Below, one piece after another: positions 10,405 through 23,534 of a stretch of 64,000 bases of DNA. The first letter of the stretch is position 1. Every line of letters starts with the position of its first letter. Below the pieces are notes generated by a model. It was not told the origin of the DNA. It searched no databases and saw only the letters and a program-made list of their open reading frames with translations. Made by a program: the position numbers and the translations under genes. Source of the stretch: Eledone cirrhosa (lineage: Eukaryota); NCBI GenBank assembly GCA_964016885.1, contig OZ024744.1, forward strand, positions 131,440,001-131,504,000. The letters are read 5' to 3'.

Positions 10405-13400
10405 TTCGGGGTTAAGTTAAGTTGGGGTTAAATTAAGTTAGGCTTAACTTAAGTTGGGGTTAAGTTAAATTGGGGGTAAGTTAAGTTCTGGGTAAGTTAA
10501 GTTGGGGTTAAGTTAAGTTGGGGTTAAGTTGGGGTTAAGTTAAGTTAGGGTTAAGTTAAGTTGGGGTTGAGTTAAGTTGGGGTTAAGTTAAGTTGGGGTT
10601 AAGTTAAGTTGGGGTCAAGTTAAGTTGGGGTTAAAATTAAGTTGGGGTTAAATCAAGTTGGGGTTAAGTTAAGTTGGGGTTAATTTAGTTGGGGTTAAGT
10701 TAAGTTGGGGCTAAGTTAAGTTGGGGCTAAGTTAAGTTGGGACTAAGTTAAGTTGGGGTTAAGTTCAGTTGGGGTTAAGTTAAGTTGGGGTTAATTTAAA
10801 TTGGGGTTAAGTTAACTTTGTGGTTAAGTTAAGTTGGGGTTAAGTTAAGTTGGGGTTAAGTTAAGTTGGGGTTGAGTTATGTTGGGGTTGAGTGAAGTTG
10901 GGGTTAAGTTAAGTTGGGGTTAAGTTGGCGTTAATTTAAGTTGGGGTTGAATTAAGTTGGGGTTGAGTTAATTTAGGGTTAAGTTAAGTTGGGGTTAAGT
11001 TAAGTTGGGTTTAAGTTAAGTTGGGGTTAAATTAAGTTGGGGTTAAATTAAGTTGGGGTTAAGTTAAGTTGGGGGTAGGTTAAGTTGGTGTTAAGTTAAG
11101 TTGGGGTTAAGTTAAGTTGGGGTTAAGTTAAGTTGGGGTCAAGTTAAGTTGGGGTTAAAATTAAGTTTGGGTTAAGTCAAGTTGGGGTTAAGTTAAGTTT
11201 GAGTTAATTTAGTTGGGGTTAAGTTAAGTTGGGGCTAAGTTAAGTTGGGGCTAAGTTAAGTTGGGGCTAAGTTAAGTTGGGGTTAAGTTAAGTTGGGGTT
11301 AATTTAAGTTGGGGTCAACTTAAATTGGGGTTAAGTTAAGTTGGGGTTAAGTTAAGTTGGGGTTAAGTTAAGTTGGGGTTAAGTTAAGTTGGGGCTTAGT
11401 TAAGTTGGGGCTGAGTTAAGTTGGGGCTGAGTTAAGTTGGGGTTAAGTTAAGTTGGGGTTGAGTTAAGTTGGGGTTAAGTTAAGTTGGGGTTAAGTTAAG
11501 TTGGGGTTAATTTAAGTTGGGTTTAAGTTATGTTGGGGTTGAGTTAAGTTGGGGTTAAGTTAAGTTGGGGTTCAGTTAAGTTGGGGTTAAGTTAAGTTGG
11601 GGTTAAGATGGGGTTAAATTAAGTTGGGGTTAAGTTAAGTTGGGGTTAAGTTAAGTTGGGGTTAAGTTAAGTCGGGGTTAAGTTAAGTCGGGGTTAAGTT
11701 AAGTTAGGGTTAAGTTAAGTTGGAGTTAAGTTAAGTTGGGGTTGAGTTAAGTTGGGGTTGAGTTAAATTGGGGTGGAGTTAAGTTGGGGTTGAGTTAAGT
11801 TGGTGTTGAATTAAGTTGGGGTTAAGTTAAGTTGGGGTTAAGTTAAGTGCAGTTAAGTTAAGTTGAGGTTAAGTTATGTAGGGGTTAAGTTAAGTTGGGG
11901 TTAAGTTAAGTTGGGGCTAAGTTAAGTTGGGGCTAAGTTAAGTTGGGGCTAAGTTAAGTTGGGGTTCAGTTAAGTTGGGGTTAAGTTAAGTTTGGGTTAA
12001 GTTGGGGTTAAATTAAGTTGGGGTTAAGTTAAGTTGGGGTTTAGTTAAGTTGGGGTTAAGTTAAGTTGGGGTTAATTTAAGTTGGGGTTAAGTTAAGTTG
12101 GGGTTAAGTTGGCGTTAAGTTAAGTTGGGGTTGAATTAAGTTGGGGTTGAGTTAATTTAGGGTTAAGTTAAGTTGGGGTTAAGTTAAGTTGGGTTTAAGT
12201 TAAGTTGGGGTTAAATTAAGTTGGGGTTAAATTAAGTTCGGGTTAAGTTAAGTTGGGGGTAAGTTAAGTTGGTGTTAAGTTAAGTTGGGGTTAAGTTAAG
12301 TTGGGGTTAAGTTAAGTTGGGGTCAAGTTAAGTTGGGGTTAAAATTAAGTTGGGGTTAAGTCAAGTTGGGGTTAAGTTAAGTTTGAGTTAATTTAGTTGG
12401 GGTTAAGTTAAGTTGGGGCTAAGTTAAGTTGGGGCTAAGTTAAGTTGGGGCTAAGTTAAGTTGGGGTTAAGTTAAGTTGGGGTTAAGTTAAGGTGGGGTT
12501 AATTTAAGTTGGGGTCAACTTAAATTGGGGTTAAGTTAAGTTGGGGTTAAGTTAAGTTGGGGTTAAGTTAAGTTGGGGTTAAGTTAAGTTGGGGTTAAGT
12601 TAAGTTGGTGTTAAGTTAAGTTGGGGCTAAGTTAAGTTGGGGCTGAGTTAAGTTGGGGCTGAGTTAAGTTGGGGTTAATTTAAGTTGGGGTTGAGTTAAG
12701 TTGGGGTTAAGTTAAGTTGGGGTTAAGTTAAGTTGGGGTTGAGTTAAGTTGGGGTTAAGTTAAGTTGGGGTTAAGTTAAGTTGGGGTTAAGTTAAGTTGG
12801 GGTTAAGTTAAGTCGGGGTTAAGTTAAGTCGGGGTTAAGTTAAGTTAGGGTTAAGTTAAGTTGGAGTTAAGTTAAGTTGGGGTTGAGTTAAGTTGGGGTT
12901 GAGTTAAATTGGGGTGGAGTTAAGTTGGGGTTGAGTTAAGTTGGTGTTGAATTAAGTTGGGGTTAAGTTAAGTTGGGGTTAAGTTAAGTGCAGTTAAGTT
13001 AAGTTGAGGTTAAGTTATGTAGGGGTTAAGTTAAGTTGGGGTTAAGTTAAGTTGGGGCTAAGTTAAGTTGGGGCTAAGTTAAGTTGGGGCTAAGTTAAGT
13101 TGGGGTTCAGTTAAGTTGGGGTTAAGTTAAGTTTGGGTTAAGTTGGGGTTAAATTAAGTTGGGGTTAAGTTAAGTTGGGGTTTAGTTAAGTTGGGGTTAA
13201 GTTAAGTTGGGGTTAATTTAAGTTGGGGTTAAGTTAAGTTGGGGTTAAGTTGGCGTTAAGTTAATTTGGGGTTGAATTAAGTTGGGGTTGAGTTAATTTA
13301 GGGTTAAGTTAAGTTGGGGTTAAGTTAAGTTGGGTTTAAGTTAAGTTGGGGTTAAATTAAGTTGGGGTTAAATTAAGTTCGGGTTAAGTTAAGTTGGGGG

Positions 13401-14690
13401 TAAGTTAAGTTGGTGTTAAGTTAAGTTGGGGTTAAGTTAAGTTGGGGTTAAGTTAAGTTGGGGTCAAGTTAAGTTGGGGTTAAAATTAAGTTGGGGTTAA
13501 GTCAAGTTGGGGTTAAGTTAAGTTTGAGTTAATTTAGTTGGGGTTAAGTTAAGTTGGGGCTAAGTTAAGTTGGGGCTAAGTTAAGTTGGGGCTAAGTTAA
13601 GTTGGGGTTAAGTTAAGTTGGGGTTAAGTTAAGGTGGGGTTAATTTAAGTTGGGGTCAACTTAAATTGGGGTTAAGTTAAGTTGGGGTTAAGTTAAGTTG
13701 GGGTTAAGTTAAGTTGGGGTTAAGTTAAGTTGGGGTTAAGTTAAGTTGGTGTTAAGTTAAGTTGGGGCTAAGTTAAGTTGGGGCTGAGTTAAGTTGGGGC
13801 TGAGTTAAGTTGGGGTTAATTTAAGTTGGGGTTGAGTTAAGTTGGGGTTAAGTTAAGTTGGGGTTAAGTTAAGTTGGGGTTGAGTTAAGTTGGGGTTAAG
13901 TTAAGTTGGGGTTAAGTTAAGTTGGGGTTAAGTTAAGTTGGGGTTAAGTTAAGTCGGGGTTAAGTTAAGTCGGGGTTAAGTTAAGTTAGGGTTAAGTTAA
14001 GTTGGAGTTAAGTTAAGTTGGGGTTGAGTTAAGTTGGGGTTGAGTTAAATTGGGGTGGAGTTAAGTTGGGGTTGAGTTAAGTTGGTGTTGAGTTAAGTTG
14101 GGGTTAAGTTAAGTTGGGGTTAAGTTAAGTTGCAGTTAAGTTAAGTTGAGGTTAAGTTAAGTTGGGGTTAAGTTAAGTTGGGGTTAAGTTAAGTTGGGGC
14201 TAAGTTAAGTTGGGGCTAAGTTAAGTTGTGGCTAAGTTAAGTTGGGGTTCAGTTAAGTTGGGGTTAAGTTAAGTTGGTTAGTTAAGTTGAGTTTAATTTA
14301 AGTTGGGGTTAATTTAAGTTGGGGCTAAGTTAAGTTGGGGTTAAGTTAAGTTGGGGTTAAGTTAAGTTGGGGTTAAGTTAATTTGGGGTTCAGTTAAGTT
14401 GGGGTTAAGTCAAGTTGGGGTTAAGTTGGGGTTAAATTAATCTGGGGTTAAGTTATTGTTGGGGTTAAGTTAAGTTGGGGTTAAGTTAAGTTGGGGTTAA
14501 GTTAAGTTGGGGTTAAGTTAATTTGGGGTTGAGTTAATTTGGGGTTAAGTTAAGTTGGGGTTAAGTTAAGTTGGGTTTAAGTTAAATTGGGGTTAAATTA
14601 AGTTGGGGTTAAATTAAGTTGGGGTTAAGTTAAGTTGGGGGTAAGTTAAGTTGGGGGCAAGTTAATTTGTGGATAAGTTAAGTTGTGGTT

Positions 14691-15083
14691 AACCCCAACT
14701 TCACTCAACCCCACCTTAACTCAACCCCAACTTAACTTAACCCCAACTTCACTCAACCCCAACTTAACTCAACCCCAACTTAACTTAACCCCAACTTAAC
14801 TTAACCCTAACTTAACTTAACCCCAACTTAACTTAACTTCGACTTAACTTAACCCCAACTTAACTTAACCCCAACTTAACTTAACCCCAACTTAACTTAA
14901 CCACAAATTAACTTAACCCCAACTTAAATTAACCCCAACTTAAATTAACCCCAACTTAACTTAACCCCAACTTAACTTAACCCCAACTTAACTCACACCC
15001 AACTTAACTTACCCCCAACTTAACTTAACCCCAACTTGACTTAACCCCAAATTAACTTAACCCCAACTTAACTTAACCCCAAA
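14691..15083 (-). repeat. Inverted satellite island 5 (subfamily A, 393 bp)
   Basis: Copy of island 1 at offset 11532. Confidence 0.96.
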
Positions 15084-18000
15084 TTCGGGGTTAAGTTAAG
15101 TTGGGGTTAAATTAAGTTAGGCTTAACTTAAGTTGGGGTTAAGTTAAATTGGGGGTAAGTTAAGTTCTGGGTAAGTTAAGTTGGGGTTAAGTTAAGTTAG
15201 GGTTAAGTTAAGTTGGGGTTGAGTTAAGTTGGGGTTAAGTTAAGTTGGGGTTATGTTAAGTTGGGGTCAAGTTAAGTTGGGGTTAAAATTAAGTTGGGGT
15301 TAAATCAAGTTGGGGTTAAGTTAAGTTGGGGTTAATTTAGTTGGGGTTAAGTTAAGTTGGGGCTAAGTTAAGTTGGGGTTAAGTTAAGTTGGGGTTAAGT
15401 TAAGTTGGGGTTAATTTAAATTGGGGTTAAGTTAACTTTGTGGTTAAGTTAAGTTGGGGTTAAGTTAAGTTGGGGTTAAGTTAAGTTGGGGTTGAGTTAA
15501 GTTGGGGTTGAGTGAAGTTGGTGTTAAGTTAAGTTGGGGTTAAGTTGGCGTTAAGTTAAATTGGGGTTGAATTAAGTTGGGGTTGAGTTAATTTAGGGTT
15601 AAGTTAAGTTGGGGTTAAGTTAAGTTGGGTTTAAGTTAAGTTGGGGTTAAATTAAGTTGGGGTTAAATTAAGTTGGGGTTAAGTTAAGTTGGGGGTAAGT
15701 TAAGTTGGTGTTAAGTTAAGTTGGGGTTAAGTTAAGTTGGGGTCAAGTTAAGTTGGGGTTAAAATTAAGTTTGGGTTAAGTCAAGTTGGGGTTAAGTTAA
15801 GTTTGAGTTAATTTAGTTGGGGTTAAGTTAAGTTGGGGCTAAGTTAAGTTGGGGCTAAGTTAAGTTGGGGCTAAGTTAAGTTGGGGTTAAGTTAAGTTGG
15901 GGTTAAGTTAAGGTGGGGTTAATTTAAGTTGGGGTCAACTTAAATTGGGGATAAGTTAAGTTGGGGTTACGTTAAGTTGGGGTTAAGTTAAGTTGGGGTT
16001 AAGTTAAGCTGGGGTTAAGTTAAGTTGGTGTTAAGTTAAGTTGGGGCTAAGTTAAGTTGGGGCTGAGTTAAGTTGGGGCTGAGTTAAGTTGGGGTTAATT
16101 TAAGTTGGGGTTGAGTTAAGTTGGGGTTAAGTTAAGTTGGGGTTAATTTAAGTTGGGGTTAAGTTAAGTTGGGGTTGAGTTAAGTTGGGGTTAAGTTAAG
16201 TTGGGGTTAAGTTAAGTTGGGGTTCAGTTAAGTTGGGGTTAAGTTAAGTTGGGGTTAAGATGGGGTTAAATTAAGTTGGGGTTAAGTTAAGTTGGGGTTA
16301 AGTTAAGTTAGGGTTAAGTTAAGTTGGGGTTAAGTTAAGTCGGGGTTAAGTTAAGTCGGGGTTAAGTTAAGTTAGGGTTAAGTTGGAGTTAAGTTAAGTT
16401 GGGGTTGAGTTAAGTTGGGGTTGAGTTAAATTGGGGTGGAGTTAAGTTGGGGTTGAGTTAAGTTGGTGTTGAGTTAAGTTGGGGTTAAGTTAAGTTGGGG
16501 TTAAGTTAAGTTGCAGTTAAGTTAAGTTGAGGTTAAGTTAAGTTGGGGTTAAGTTAAGTTGGGGTTAAGTTAAGTTGGGGCTAAGTTAAATGGGGCTAAG
16601 TTAAGTTGGGGCTAAGTTAAGTTGGGGTTCAGTTAAGTTGGGGTTAAGTTAAGTTTGGGTTAAGTTGGGGTTAAATTAAGTTGGGGTTAAGTTAAGTTGG
16701 GGTTTAGTTAAGTTGGGGTTAAGTTAAGTTGGGGTTAATTTAAGTTGGGGTTAAGTTAAGTTGGGGTTAAGTTGGCGTTAAGTTAAGTTGGGGTTGAATT
16801 AAGTTGGGGTTGAGTTAATTTAGGGTTAAGTTAAGTTGGGGTTAAGTTAAGTTGGGTTTAAGTTAAGTTGGGGTTAAATTAAGTTGGGGTTAAATTAAGT
16901 TCGGGTTAAGTTAAGTTGGGGGTAAGTTAAGTTGGTGTTAAGTTAAGTTGGGGTTAAGTTAAGTTGGGGTTAAGTTAAGTTGGGGTCAAGTTAAGTTGGG
17001 GTTAAAATTAAGTTGGGGTTAAGTCAAGTTGGGGTTAAGTTAAGTTTGAGTTAATTTAGTTGGGGTTAAGTTAAGTTGGGGCTAAGTTAAGTTGGGGCTA
17101 AGTTAAGTTGGGGCTAAGTTAAGTTGGGGTTAAGTTAAGTTGGGGTTAAGTTAAGGTGGGGTTAATTTAAGTTGGGGTCAACTTAAATTGGGGTTAAGTT
17201 AAGTTGGGGTTAAGTTAAGTTGGGGTTAAGTTAAGTTGGGGTTAAGTTAAGTTGGTGTTAAGTTAAGTTGGGCCTAAGTTAAGTTGGGGCTGAGTTAAGT
17301 TGGGGCTGAGTTAAGTTGGGGTTAATTTAAGTTGGGGTTGAGTTAAGTTGGGGTTAAGTTAAGTTGGGGTTAAGTTAAGTTGGGGGTAAGTTAAGTTCTG
17401 GGTAAGTTAAGTTGGGGTTAAGTTAAGTTGGGGTTAAGTTGGGGTTAAGTTAAGTTAGGGTTAAGTTAAGTTGGGGTTGAGTTAAGTTGGGGTTAAGTTA
17501 AGTTAGGGTTAAGTTAAGTTGGGGTCAAGTTAAGTTGGGGTTAAAATTAAGTTGGGGTTAAGTCAAGTTGGGGCTAAGTTAAGTTGGGGCTAAGTTAAGT
17601 TGGGGCTACGTTAAGTTGGGGTTAAGTTAAGTTGGGGTTAAGTTAAGTTGGGGTTAATTTAAATTGGGGTTAAGTTAACTTTGTGGTTAAGTTAAGTTGG
17701 GGTAAATTTAAGTTGGGGTTAAGTTAAGTTGGGGTTGAGTTAAGTTGGGGTTGAGTCAAGTTGGGGTTAAGTTAAGTTGGGGTTAAGTTAAGTTGGCGTT
17801 TATTTAAGTTGGGGTTGAGTTAAGTTGGGGTTGAGTTAATTCAGGGTTAAGTTAAGTAGGGGTTAAGTTAAGTTGTGTTTAAGTTAAGTTGGGGTTAAAT
17901 TAAGTTGGGGTTAAGTTAAGTTGGGGGTAAGTTAAGTTGGGGTTAAGTTAAGTTGGGGTTAAGTTAAGTTGGGGTTAAGTTAAGTTGGGGTCAAGTTAAG

Positions 18001-18321
18001 TTGGGGTTAAAATTAAGTTGGGGTTAAGTCAAGTTGGGGTTAAGTTAAGTTGGGGTTAAGTTAAGGTGGGGTTAATTTAAGTTGGGGTCAACTTAAATTG
18101 GGGTTAAGTTAAGTTGGTTAGTTAAGTTGAGTTTAAGTTAAGTTGGGGTTAATTTAAGTTGGGGTTAAGTTAAGTTGGGGTTAAGTTAAGTTGGGGTTAA
18201 GTTAAGTTGGGGTTAAGTTAATTTGGGGTTCAGTTAAGTTGGGGTTAAGTCAAGTTGGGGTTAAGTTGGGGTTAAATTAAGTTGGGGTTAAGTTAATTCG
18301 TGGTTAAGTTAAGTTGGGGTT

Positions 18322-18746
18322 AACCCCAACTTCACTCAACCCCACCTTAACTCAACCCCAACTTAACTTAACCCCAACTTCACTCAACCCCAACTTAACT
18401 TAACCCCAACTTCACTCAACCCCAACTTAACTCAACCCCAACTTAACTTAACCCCAACTTAACTTAACGCTAACTTAACTTAACCCCGACTTCACTTAAC
18501 TTCGACTTAACTTAACCCCAACTTAACTTAACCCCAACTTAACTTAACCCCAACTTAACTTAACCACAAATTAACTTAACCCCAACTTAAATTAACCCCA
18601 ACTTAAATTAACCCCAACTTAACTTAACCCCAACTTAACTTAACCCCAACTTAACTCACACCCAACTTAACTTACCCCCAACTTAACTTAACCCCAACTT
18701 GACTTAACCCCAACTTAACTTAACCCCAACTTAACTTAACCCCAAA
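18322..18746 (-). repeat. Inverted satellite island 6 (subfamily A, 425 bp)
   Basis: Copy of island 2 at offset 11532. Confidence 0.96.
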
Positions 18747-20188
18747 TTCGGGGTTAAGTTAAGTTGGGGTTAAGTTAAGTTAGGCTTAACTTAAGTTGGG
18801 GTTAAGTTAAGTTGGGGGTAAGTTAAGTTCTGGGTAAGTTAATTTGGGGTTAAGTTAAGTTGGGGTTAAGTTGGGGTTAAGTTAAGTTAGGGTTAAGTTA
18901 AGTTGGGGTTGATTTAAGTTGGGGTTAAGTTAAGTTTGGGTTAAGTTGGGGTTAAATTAAGTTGGGGTTAAGTTAAGTTGGGGTTAAGTTAAGTTGGGGT
19001 TAAGTTAAGTTGGGGTTAAGTTAAGTTGGGGTTAATTTAAGTTGGGGTTAAGTTAAGTTGCGGGTAATTTAAGTTGGGGTTAAGTTAAGTTGGGGTTAAG
19101 TTAAGTTGGGGTTAAGTTAAGTTGGGGTTAAGGTAAGTTGGGGTTAAGTTAAGTTGGGACTAAGTTAAGTTGGGGCTGAGTTAAGTTGGGGTTAAGTTAA
19201 GTTGGGGTTAAGTTAAGTTGGGGTTAAGTTAAGTTGGGGTTAAGTTAAGTTGGGGTTGAGTTAAGTTGGGGTTAAGTTAAGTAGGGGTAAGTTAAGTTGG
19301 GGTTCAGTTAAGTTGGGGTTAAGTTAAGTTGGGGTTAAGATGGGGTTAAATTAAGTTGGGGTTAAGTTAAGTTGGGGTTAAGTTAAGTTGGGGTTAAGTT
19401 AAGTTGGGGTTAAGTTAAGTCGGGGTTAAGTTAAGTCGGGGTTAAGTTAAGTTAGGGTTAAGTTAAGTTGGAGTTAAGTTAAGTTGGGGTTGAGTTAAGT
19501 TGGGGTTGAGTTAAATTGGGGTTGAGTTAAGTTGGGGTTGAGTTAAGTTGGTGTTGAGTTAAGTTGGGGTTAAATTAAGTTGGGGTTAAATTAAGTTGGG
19601 GTTAAGTAAATTTGGGGGTAAGTTAAGTTGGGGGCAAGTTAAGTTGGGGTTAAATTAAGTTGGGGTTACGTTAAGTTGGTGTTAAGTTAAGTTGGGGTTA
19701 ATTTAAGTTGGGGTTAATTAAGTTAGGGTTAAGTTAAGTTGGGGTTAAGTTAAGTTGGGGTTAATTTAAGTTGGGGTTGAGTTAAGTTAGGGTTAAGTTA
19801 AGTTGGGGTTTATTAAGTTGGGGTTAAGTTAAGTTGGGGTTAAGTTAAGTTGGGGTTCAGTTAAGTTGCGGTTAAGTTAAGTTGGGGTTAAGTTAAGTTG
19901 GGGTTAAGTTAAGTTGGGGTTAAGTTAAGTTGGGGTCAAGTTAAGTTGGGGTTAAGTTAAGTTGGGGTTAAGTTAAGTTGGGGTTAATTTAAGTTGGGGT
20001 TAAGTTAAGTTGGGGTTAAGTTAAGTTGGGGTTAAGTTAAGTTGGAGTTAAGTTAAGTTGGGGTTCAGTTAAGTTGGGGTTAAGTCAAGTTGGGGTTAAG
20101 TTGGGGTTAAATTAATTTGGGGTTAAGTTAAGTTGGGGTTAAGTTAAGTTGGGGTTATTTTAAGTTGGGGTTAAGTTAAGTTGTGGTT

Positions 20189-20613
20189 AACCCCAACTTC
20201 ACTCAACCCCACCTTAACTCAACCCCAACTTAACTTAACCCCAACTTCACTCAACCCCAACTTAACTTAACCCCAACTTCACTCAACCCCAACTTAAATC
20301 AACCCCAACTTAACATAACCCCAACTTAACTTAACCCTAACTTAACTTAACCCCGACTTAACTTAACTTCGACTTAACTTAACCCCAACTTAACTTAACC
20401 CCAACTTAACTTAACCCCAACTTAACTTAACCACAAATTAACTTAACCCCAACTTAAATTAACCCCAACTTAAATTAACCCCAACTTAACTTAACCCCAA
20501 CTTAACTTAACCCCAACTTAACTCACACCCAACTTAACTTACCCCCAACTTAACTTAACCCCAACTTGACTTAACCCCAAATTAACTTAACCCCAACTTA
20601 ACTTAACCCCAAA
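20189..20613 (-). repeat. Inverted satellite island 7 (subfamily A, 425 bp)
   Basis: Conserved junctions. TTAAATCAA and TAACATAA markers are shared with island 13. Confidence 0.96.
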
Positions 20614-21715
20614 TTCGGGGTTAAGTTAAGTTGGGGTTAAGTTAAGTTAGGCTTAACTTATGTTGGGGTTAAGTTAAGTTGGGGGTAAGTTAAGTTCTGG
20701 GTAAGTTAAGTTGGGGTTAAGTTAAGTTGGGGTTAAGTTGGGGTTAAGTTAAGTTAGGGTTAAGTTAAGTTGGGGTTGAGTTAAGTTGGGGTTAAGTTAA
20801 GTTAGGGTTAAGTTAAGTTGGGGTCAAGTTAAGTTGGGGTTAAAATTAAGTTGGGGTTAAGTCAAGTTGGGGCTAAGTTAAGTTGGGGCTAAGTTAAGTT
20901 GGGGCTACGTTAAGTTGGGGTTAAGTTAAGTTGGGGTTAAGTTAAGTTGGGGTTAATTTAAATTGGGGTTAAGTTAACTTTGTGGTTAAGTTAAGTTGGG
21001 GTAAAGTTAAGTTGGGGTTAAGTTAAGTTGGGGTTGAGTTAAGTTGGGGTTGAGTCAAGTTGGGGTTAAGTTAAGTTGGGGTTAAGTTAAGTTGGCGTTT
21101 ATTTAAGTTGGGGTTGAGTTAAGTTGGGGTTGAGTTAATTTAGGGTTAAGTTAAGTTGGGGTTAAGTTAAGTTGTGTTTAAGTTAAGTTGGGGTTAAAGT
21201 AAGTTGGGGTTAAGTTAAGTTGGGGGTAAGTTAAGTTGGGGTTAAGTTAAGTTGGGGTTAAGTTAAGTTGGGGTTAAGTTAAGTTGGGGTCAAGTTAAGT
21301 TGGGGTTAAAATTAAGTTGGGGTTAAGTCAAGTTGGGGTTAAGTTAAGTTGGGGTTAATTTAGTTGGGGTTAAGTTAAGTTGGGGCTAAGTTAAGTTGGG
21401 GCTAAGTTAAGTTGCGGCTAAGTTAAGTTGGGGTTAAGTTAAGTTGGGGTTAAGTTAAGGTGGGGTTAATTTAAGTTGGGGTCAACTTAAATTGGGGTTA
21501 AGTTAAGTTGGTTAGTTAAGTTGAGTTTAAGTTAAGTTGGGGTTAATTTAAGTTGGGGTTAAGTTAAGTTGGGGTTAAGTTAAGTTGGGGTTAAGTTAAG
21601 TTGGGGTTAAGTTAATTTGGGGTTCAGTTAAGTTGGGGTTAAGTCAAGTTGGGGTTAAGTTGGGGTTAAATTAAGTTGGGGTTAAGTTAATTCGTGGTTA
21701 AGTTAAGTTGGGGTT

Positions 21716-21916
21716 AACCCCAACTTCACTCAACCCCACCTTAACTCAACCCCAACTTAACTTAACCCCAACTTCACTCAACCCCAACTTAACTTAACCC
21801 CAACTTCACTCAACCCCAACTTAACTCAACCCCAACTTAACTTAACCCCAACTTCACTCAACCCCAACTTAACTCAACCCCAACTTAACTTAACCCCAAG
21901 TTAACTTAACCCCAAA
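21716..21916 (-). repeat. Inverted satellite island 8 (subfamily A, internally shortened, 201 bp)
   Basis: Both junctions intact but lacks the ACTTCGAC, ACCACAAAT and CTCACACCC internal markers. Confidence 0.95.
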
Positions 21917-23534
21917 TTCGGGGTTAAGTTAAGTTGGGGTTAAGTTAAGTTAGGCTTAACTTAAGTTGGGGTTAAGTTAAGTTGGGGGTAAGTTAAGTTC
22001 TGGGTAAGTTAATTTGGGGTTAAGTTAAGTTGGGGTTAAGTTGGGGTTAAGTTAAGTTAGGGTTAAGTTAAGTTGGGGTTGATTTAAGTTGGGGTTAAGT
22101 TAAGTTGGGGTTAAGTTAAGTTGGGGTCAAGTTAAGTTGGGGTTAAAATTAAGTTGGGGTTAAGTCAAGTTGGGGTTAACTTAAGTTGGGGTCAACTTAG
22201 TTGGGGTTAAGTTAAGTTGGGGCTAAGATAAGTTGGGGCTAAGTTAAGTTGGGGCTAAGTTAAGTTGGGGTTAAGTTAAGTTAGGGTTAAGTTAAGTTGG
22301 GGTTAATTTAAATTGGGGTTAAGTTAACTTTGTAGCTAAGTTAAGTTGGGGTTAAGTTAAGTTGGGGTTAAGTTAAGTTGGGGTTGAGTTAAGTTGGGGT
22401 TGAGTGAAGTTGGGGTTAAGTTACGTTGGGGTTAAGTTAAGTTGGCGTTAAGTTAAGTTGGGGTTGAGTTAAGTTGGGGTTGAGTTAATTTAGGGTTAAG
22501 TTAAGTTGGGGTAAAGTTAAGTTGTGTTTAAGTTAAGTTGGGGTTAAATTAAGTTGGGGTTAAATTAAGTTGGGGTTAAGTTAAGTTGGGGTAAAGTTAA
22601 GTTGTGTTTAAGTTAATTTGGGGTTAAAATTAAGTTGGGGTTAAATCAAGTTGGGGTTAAGTTAAGTTGGGGTTAATTTAGTTGGGGTTAAGTTAAGTTG
22701 GGGCTAAGTTAAGTTGGGGCTAAGTTAAGTTGGGGCTAAGTTAAGTTGGGGTTAAGTTAAGTTGGGGTTAAGTTAAGGTGGGGTTAATTTAAGTTGGGGT
22801 CAACTTAAATTGGGGTTAAGTTAAGTTGGGGTTAAGTTAAGTTGGAGTTAAGTTAAGTTGGGGTTAAGTTAAGTTGGTGTTAAGTTAAGTTGGGGCTTAG
22901 TTAAGTTGGGGCTGAGTTAAGTTGGGGCTGAGTTAAGTTGGGGTTAAGTTAAGTTGGGGTTGAGTTAAGTTGGGGTTAAGTTAAGTTGGGGTTAAGTTAA
23001 GTTGGGGTTAAGTTAAGTTGGGTTTAAGTTATGTTGGGGTTGAGTTAAGTTGGGGTTAAGTTAAGTTGGGGTTCAGTTAAGTTGGGGTTAAGTTAAGTTG
23101 GGGTTAAGATGGGGTTAAATTAAGTTGGGGTTAAGTTAAGTTGGGGTTAAGTTAAGTTGGGGTTAAGTTAAGTTGGGGTTAAGTTAAGTCGGGGTTAAGT
23201 TAAGTCGGGGTTAAGTTAAGTTAGGGTTAAGTTAAGTTGGAGTTAAGTTAAGTTGGGGTTGAGTTAAGTTGGGGTTGAGTTAAATTGGGGTGGAGTTAAG
23301 TTGGGGTTAAGTTAAGTTGGTGTTGAGTTAAGTTGGGGTTAAGTTAAGTTGGGGTTAAGTTAAGTGCAGTTAAGTTAAGTTGAGGTTAAGTTATGTAGGG
23401 GTTAAGTTAAGTTGGGGTTAAGTTAAGTTGGGGCTAAGTTAAGTTGGGGCTAAGTTAAGTTGGGGCTAAGTTAAGTTGGGGTTCAGTTAAGTTGGGGTTA
23501 AGTTAAGTTTGGGTTAAGTTGGGGTTAAATTAAG

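Larger units (their letters stand above)
11650..19589 (+). repeat. Near-identical copy of about 118-8057 (offset 11532)
   Basis: Markers 141/11673, 1282/12814, 3159/14691, 6790/18322 and 7214/18746 are all offset by exactly 11532. The match ends at 8058/19590. Confidence 0.9.

Noticed and set aside
18300-18345. Telomere-telomere fusion site at GGGGTT|AACCCC
   Set aside because: The geometry resembles a fusion, but the orientation reverts after about 400 bp and the junction is repeated many times. A simple chromosome fusion does not explain this.
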